From: Callorhinchus milii
Lineage: Eukaryota
Length of the DNA: 64,000 nt
Assembly: GCF_018977255.1 (NCBI RefSeq)
Contig: NW_024704742.1
Location: forward strand, 106,144,001-106,208,000
Reading direction: 5' to 3'
The translations under genes were made by a program, and so were the position numbers. The notes under the pieces are model-generated. The model did no database searches. It was given only the letters and a program-made list of their open reading frames with translations, and was not told the DNA's origin. Below, one piece after another: positions 60,741 through 64,000 of the stretch. How positions within the stretch are numbered: position 1 is the first letter of the stretch; each line of letters starts with the position of its first letter.

Positions 60741-62075
60741 TGTCTCAGTTACACTCAGTTTATACTCTACAGTAAAGTGTGCGACTCAGTTTTCTTCCAT
60801 AAGGTTACATCAATATTTCCAATGGGATGCTCTAGCTGTTGATGTAACCAACCAACGAACAGCTAGAAAGGGAGAACTGGAGTATCTTGCATCTTTAGGA
60901 GCAGAATCCATACTGCTGTCCAGCTATAAAGTGAGTGCTCAGAGGTTTCATCAGAAGTCAAATGAAGAACACTGTCGCAAAAATTGCCAGTTATTTAGTG
61001 TTCAATTTTCATGACATTTTGCTCCAAGATTTGAGATAAGTGTATCATCTATAAACCCTCAATCTAGCACCATGTGTTATTTTCCTGTCACTTTTCTCCA
61101 TCTTTTCTTACTTTGAAATATACTGAAAGGTCTGAGTACTGTTATTTCAATTCCATCAGGTGGCCCTTGCCAGATTTTAACTTAATGAGTACATTTAATT
61201 TTGAGCCTTTTAACAAATATGTGGAGCACTCTCCTTCTGATCCTCTATAAGTGATTGAGGATAGCAGGCAAAGGGGTTCAAAGAAACACTTGTTAAAGTT
61301 ATTGTTTGCATGACTTTTACCTATGCTTAGATGTTCTCTTGAGCTGCAAACCATGTTGAAAATCAAGACTTAGATCAGACATTCTCAAAGTAGATAAGAA
61401 ATATTTTATTCATTGTGGGATTTTGAGAACAGAATTTTCATTGACAGGCACAAAAATTGCTGAATATTTCCTCCTTGTTGAATTCATGTTTTACATTACA
61501 AAATAATTGGATGTTTATTTTGCCAGATTCAGTGTGAACAGAGCAGAATATGAAGATAAACTGTTTGGAATTGTTTCAATGCCTAAAAAAGGAATATATG
61601 GCTTCCTGAAATATTTTTTTTCACACTATGACAAGGATATTTATAAGTTGGGGCTGTTGATCTTTGTCACTAGCCACCATACTGGATGGATCATGGGCAT
61701 GACTCCAGCTATCATATCACTGGCAGTCAAATTGCAAATGTTAATTTGATTAATTTTCAAGTACTCTAAAACTACCTTGTGTGAAAGGTGCTATATAAAT
61801 GCAAGTTGTTGTTAGTGGTGGTGCCAGGGATTCAGAATTCTTACCTGTAAGGAAAACCATAGCTGACAAAACTTTTATTCCACCAAAATGTACATTCACA
61901 CTTGTGAGCAGAATAAACAGAATAATAGCTACCTGGAATCCTATTGAGGTTGCCAGTTGATGCTGTAATTCAGGGGAAGCAGAGCTCTTGTAATTTATAA
62001 CTTTTATTTGAGCCTGAGACAGATCACTATGTTGAAATCACTTCCAGATTTTGTTTATAATCAATGATATTTTTC

Positions 62076-62185
62076 TTTGCGGCTGTTGCGGAAACCCATC
62101 ATCGTTGCTTAAGAGTATCCAAACCAAGCTTGGAATTCTATGCATCCTACCTACACGTGGAAATTCCAGAGATGGATTGTTGAAT
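62076..62185 (-). mobile_element. Family X 3' fragment
   Basis: gcggaaacccatcatc...gcttaagagtatccaaacc...catcctacctacacgtggaaattccagagatggattgttg. Confidence 0.75.
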
Positions 62186-62949
62186 CTTATTCCACTTTTG
62201 CTCTTTCAATATCATGGTGGAGATTGATAGTCAGGATACTCCACAAGGGATGCCCAATGATGTCTTTACTATAGGGTGAAAAATTCTAATATAATTCCTG
62301 TAAATTTCTCATGAATGTTAATCTATGATTGATCACCTGAAAAAATAATATATGAATATTATAAAAATAATAGTATAAATTAAATATATAGGGCATAAGA
62401 CTTGGTCTGATTTAATAGACAATTGCAATGCTAATAAGAACCTGGCTTATATGATCATGCTGTCAATATGGTAGCCACTTCCCATGAGAAATATGAATAA
62501 GGTCGTCCCCACACACACCTTATTTCATCACTTGCTTATTGCATATAAATTCACATTCTAACCACCCAGTAAATAAAATTTTGGATATATCATGGGAACA
62601 AACTTGCCTGAACCGTGCTGCCCGCTAGGGATGCTCAGCGAACTCTTGTGATGAGCGGCCTGGGGCCATGGAGCAGGTTGCCCTCACCCTCAGCCAGCCA
62701 CATGGGTGGGCTGTTTTGACTGTTGTGGCCAGATCTCCGAGTGTAGAAATTTTAGACCTTCTATGAGGTTAGATTGTTAAAGTCTGAGTGATTCAGGCGC
62801 TTACTATATTTTTTATTCTGGTGCATGTTTAAATACCACTGCAGCAAAGATCAAGGAGATTATATTAGACCATGTATATATCTCATTTCTTAAAAAAAAG
62901 TAATTTAATGCTTCCAATTAGTTTTTCTATTATTCTTTCCATCCACATG

Positions 62950-63290
62950 TGCCTCTGCTCCTGGCCTGGCCTACTCTTGCTAAGGTACAGTTCCACAAGC
63001 ACTGGTTGCCCTTAATTACCCCAACAGTGAGTGTTGTTGGGCCACTCGACTGGAGAGGACATTGCAGCGAGTGTAACCTTACCCCACCAGACAGCCACAT
63101 ATTCACACAACAGGTGATAGATTCAATAGAGTGTCCAGGAGCAGAAGCCCTGGCTGGTTTCCTCACTAAATCTAGGAAGACCGAGGGCCAATTTAGTTTC
63201 TCTACGAAGGCTAAATTGGCTCTTGGCCTTCCTCACCAACTCAGCACAGACTGGGATTTGAATCAATGAGCCCTTGGTCAGTGAGCTGCA
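62950..63290 (-). mobile_element. AmnSINE2-like ancient SINE, near full length
   Basis: Minus strand gtctgtgctgagtt...aattggcc...aaaccagccagggcttctgctcctg...agtcga...acactcactgt...gtggaactgtaccttagcaagagt...ccaggag, in the order of the consensus as I recall it. Confidence 0.65.
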
Positions 63291-63304
63291 GCTCTATCTG
63301 CTAC

Positions 63305-63368
63305 ACAACAACAACAAATTACACTTGTATAGCTCCTTTCACGCCAGGAGGCCGTTCCAAGGCCCTGA
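63305..63368 (-). mobile_element. L2 3' tail
   Basis: (caa)n...tgtatagctcctttcacgccaggaggccgttccaaggc. Confidence 0.75.
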
Positions 63369-63419
63369 CTATCAGGGCTGTCCCTTATCTTCTACTCGAA
63401 AATGTATATGATTCAATTA

Positions 63420-63744
63420 ATAACAATAATAATCCTTGCATTTGATATAGCGCTTTTCACATCGGGAGGACGTCCCAAAGCGCTTCACAGAACACACTGT
63501 AAAGTGAATTGACTGTATATTTGTATATTTGTGGGCGAACGGGCAGCCAATTGCGCACAGCAACGTCCCACAAACAGTCGTGGATTGAGAATGACCAATT
63601 TATTATTGTTTTGTTTTTTTGGAGGGATTATTATTAGGCGTGTGGAGTAAGGAAACTTGCCCAAGGTTTCACCCTGCCTGGAATTGAACTCAGGTCTCTC
63701 GCTTGCAAAGCGAGTGCTCTAACCACTGAGCTACAGGACTCCAC
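63420..63744 (-). mobile_element. Young Deu-SINE, short subtype, full length
   Basis: Near-identical to 33620-33943, with a small tgtatatt duplication at ~63514-63531. Confidence 0.95.
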
Positions 63745-64000
63745 GTAGTAACAGGTTTTGAAATATGAGACACTCATTAGACATATGAACATAGAATGTA
63801 CGAGACAAGAGGAATTCTTCATGAATGGAATGAGATTCATTCAGTGAAGTGCCTGTTCTTTAAACCATATTGAGGATCCCACATGTTAAATTTATTGAGT
63901 ACGTGTGCACAACATAATAACTCACAGTGCCAAAGTTTCAAATCAGTCATAAGCAAGGGTGAAAGGGTCAGTTTTTCATCCTGTCAATTGCTATAGTTGC

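Noticed and set aside
62661-62725. HDV/CPEB3-like ribozyme or C/D snoRNA
   Set aside because: There is no P1' complement to ggggcc at the right spacing, and no D box with a terminal stem near the GTGATGA.

Overview
Eukaryotic, AT-rich, repeat-dense window. The repeat complement points to a cartilaginous fish, most likely a chimaera such as the elephant shark (inference): L2 LINEs with (GTT)n tails, shark-type CR1 3' ends, and tRNA-headed Deu-SINEs. I recognise no intact host protein-coding gene, rRNA/tRNA gene or CRISPR array, so the window reads as a large intron or intergenic region. The listed ORFs are LINE/LTR fragments, their antisense frames, or chance ORFs. Clear elements are many L2 and CR1 fragments, one L1/Tx1 fragment, a Gypsy gag relic, two SINE families, three AmnSINE2-like ancient SINEs, hAT-like and palindromic MITEs, and an 859-bp solo LTR (TG...CA, 4-bp TSD, four 39-bp repeats) nested in a SINE. 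The most interesting signal is a ~550-bp, hairpin-rich, A-tailed retroposon family with no tRNA head and no ORF, present in 9 copies, which I cannot assign to a known family. Also notable are a chain of overlapping palindromes at 30.06-30.32 kb and a set of frame-compatible candidate micro-exons. Family names come from memory of consensus sequences, and boundaries are approximate unless stated.
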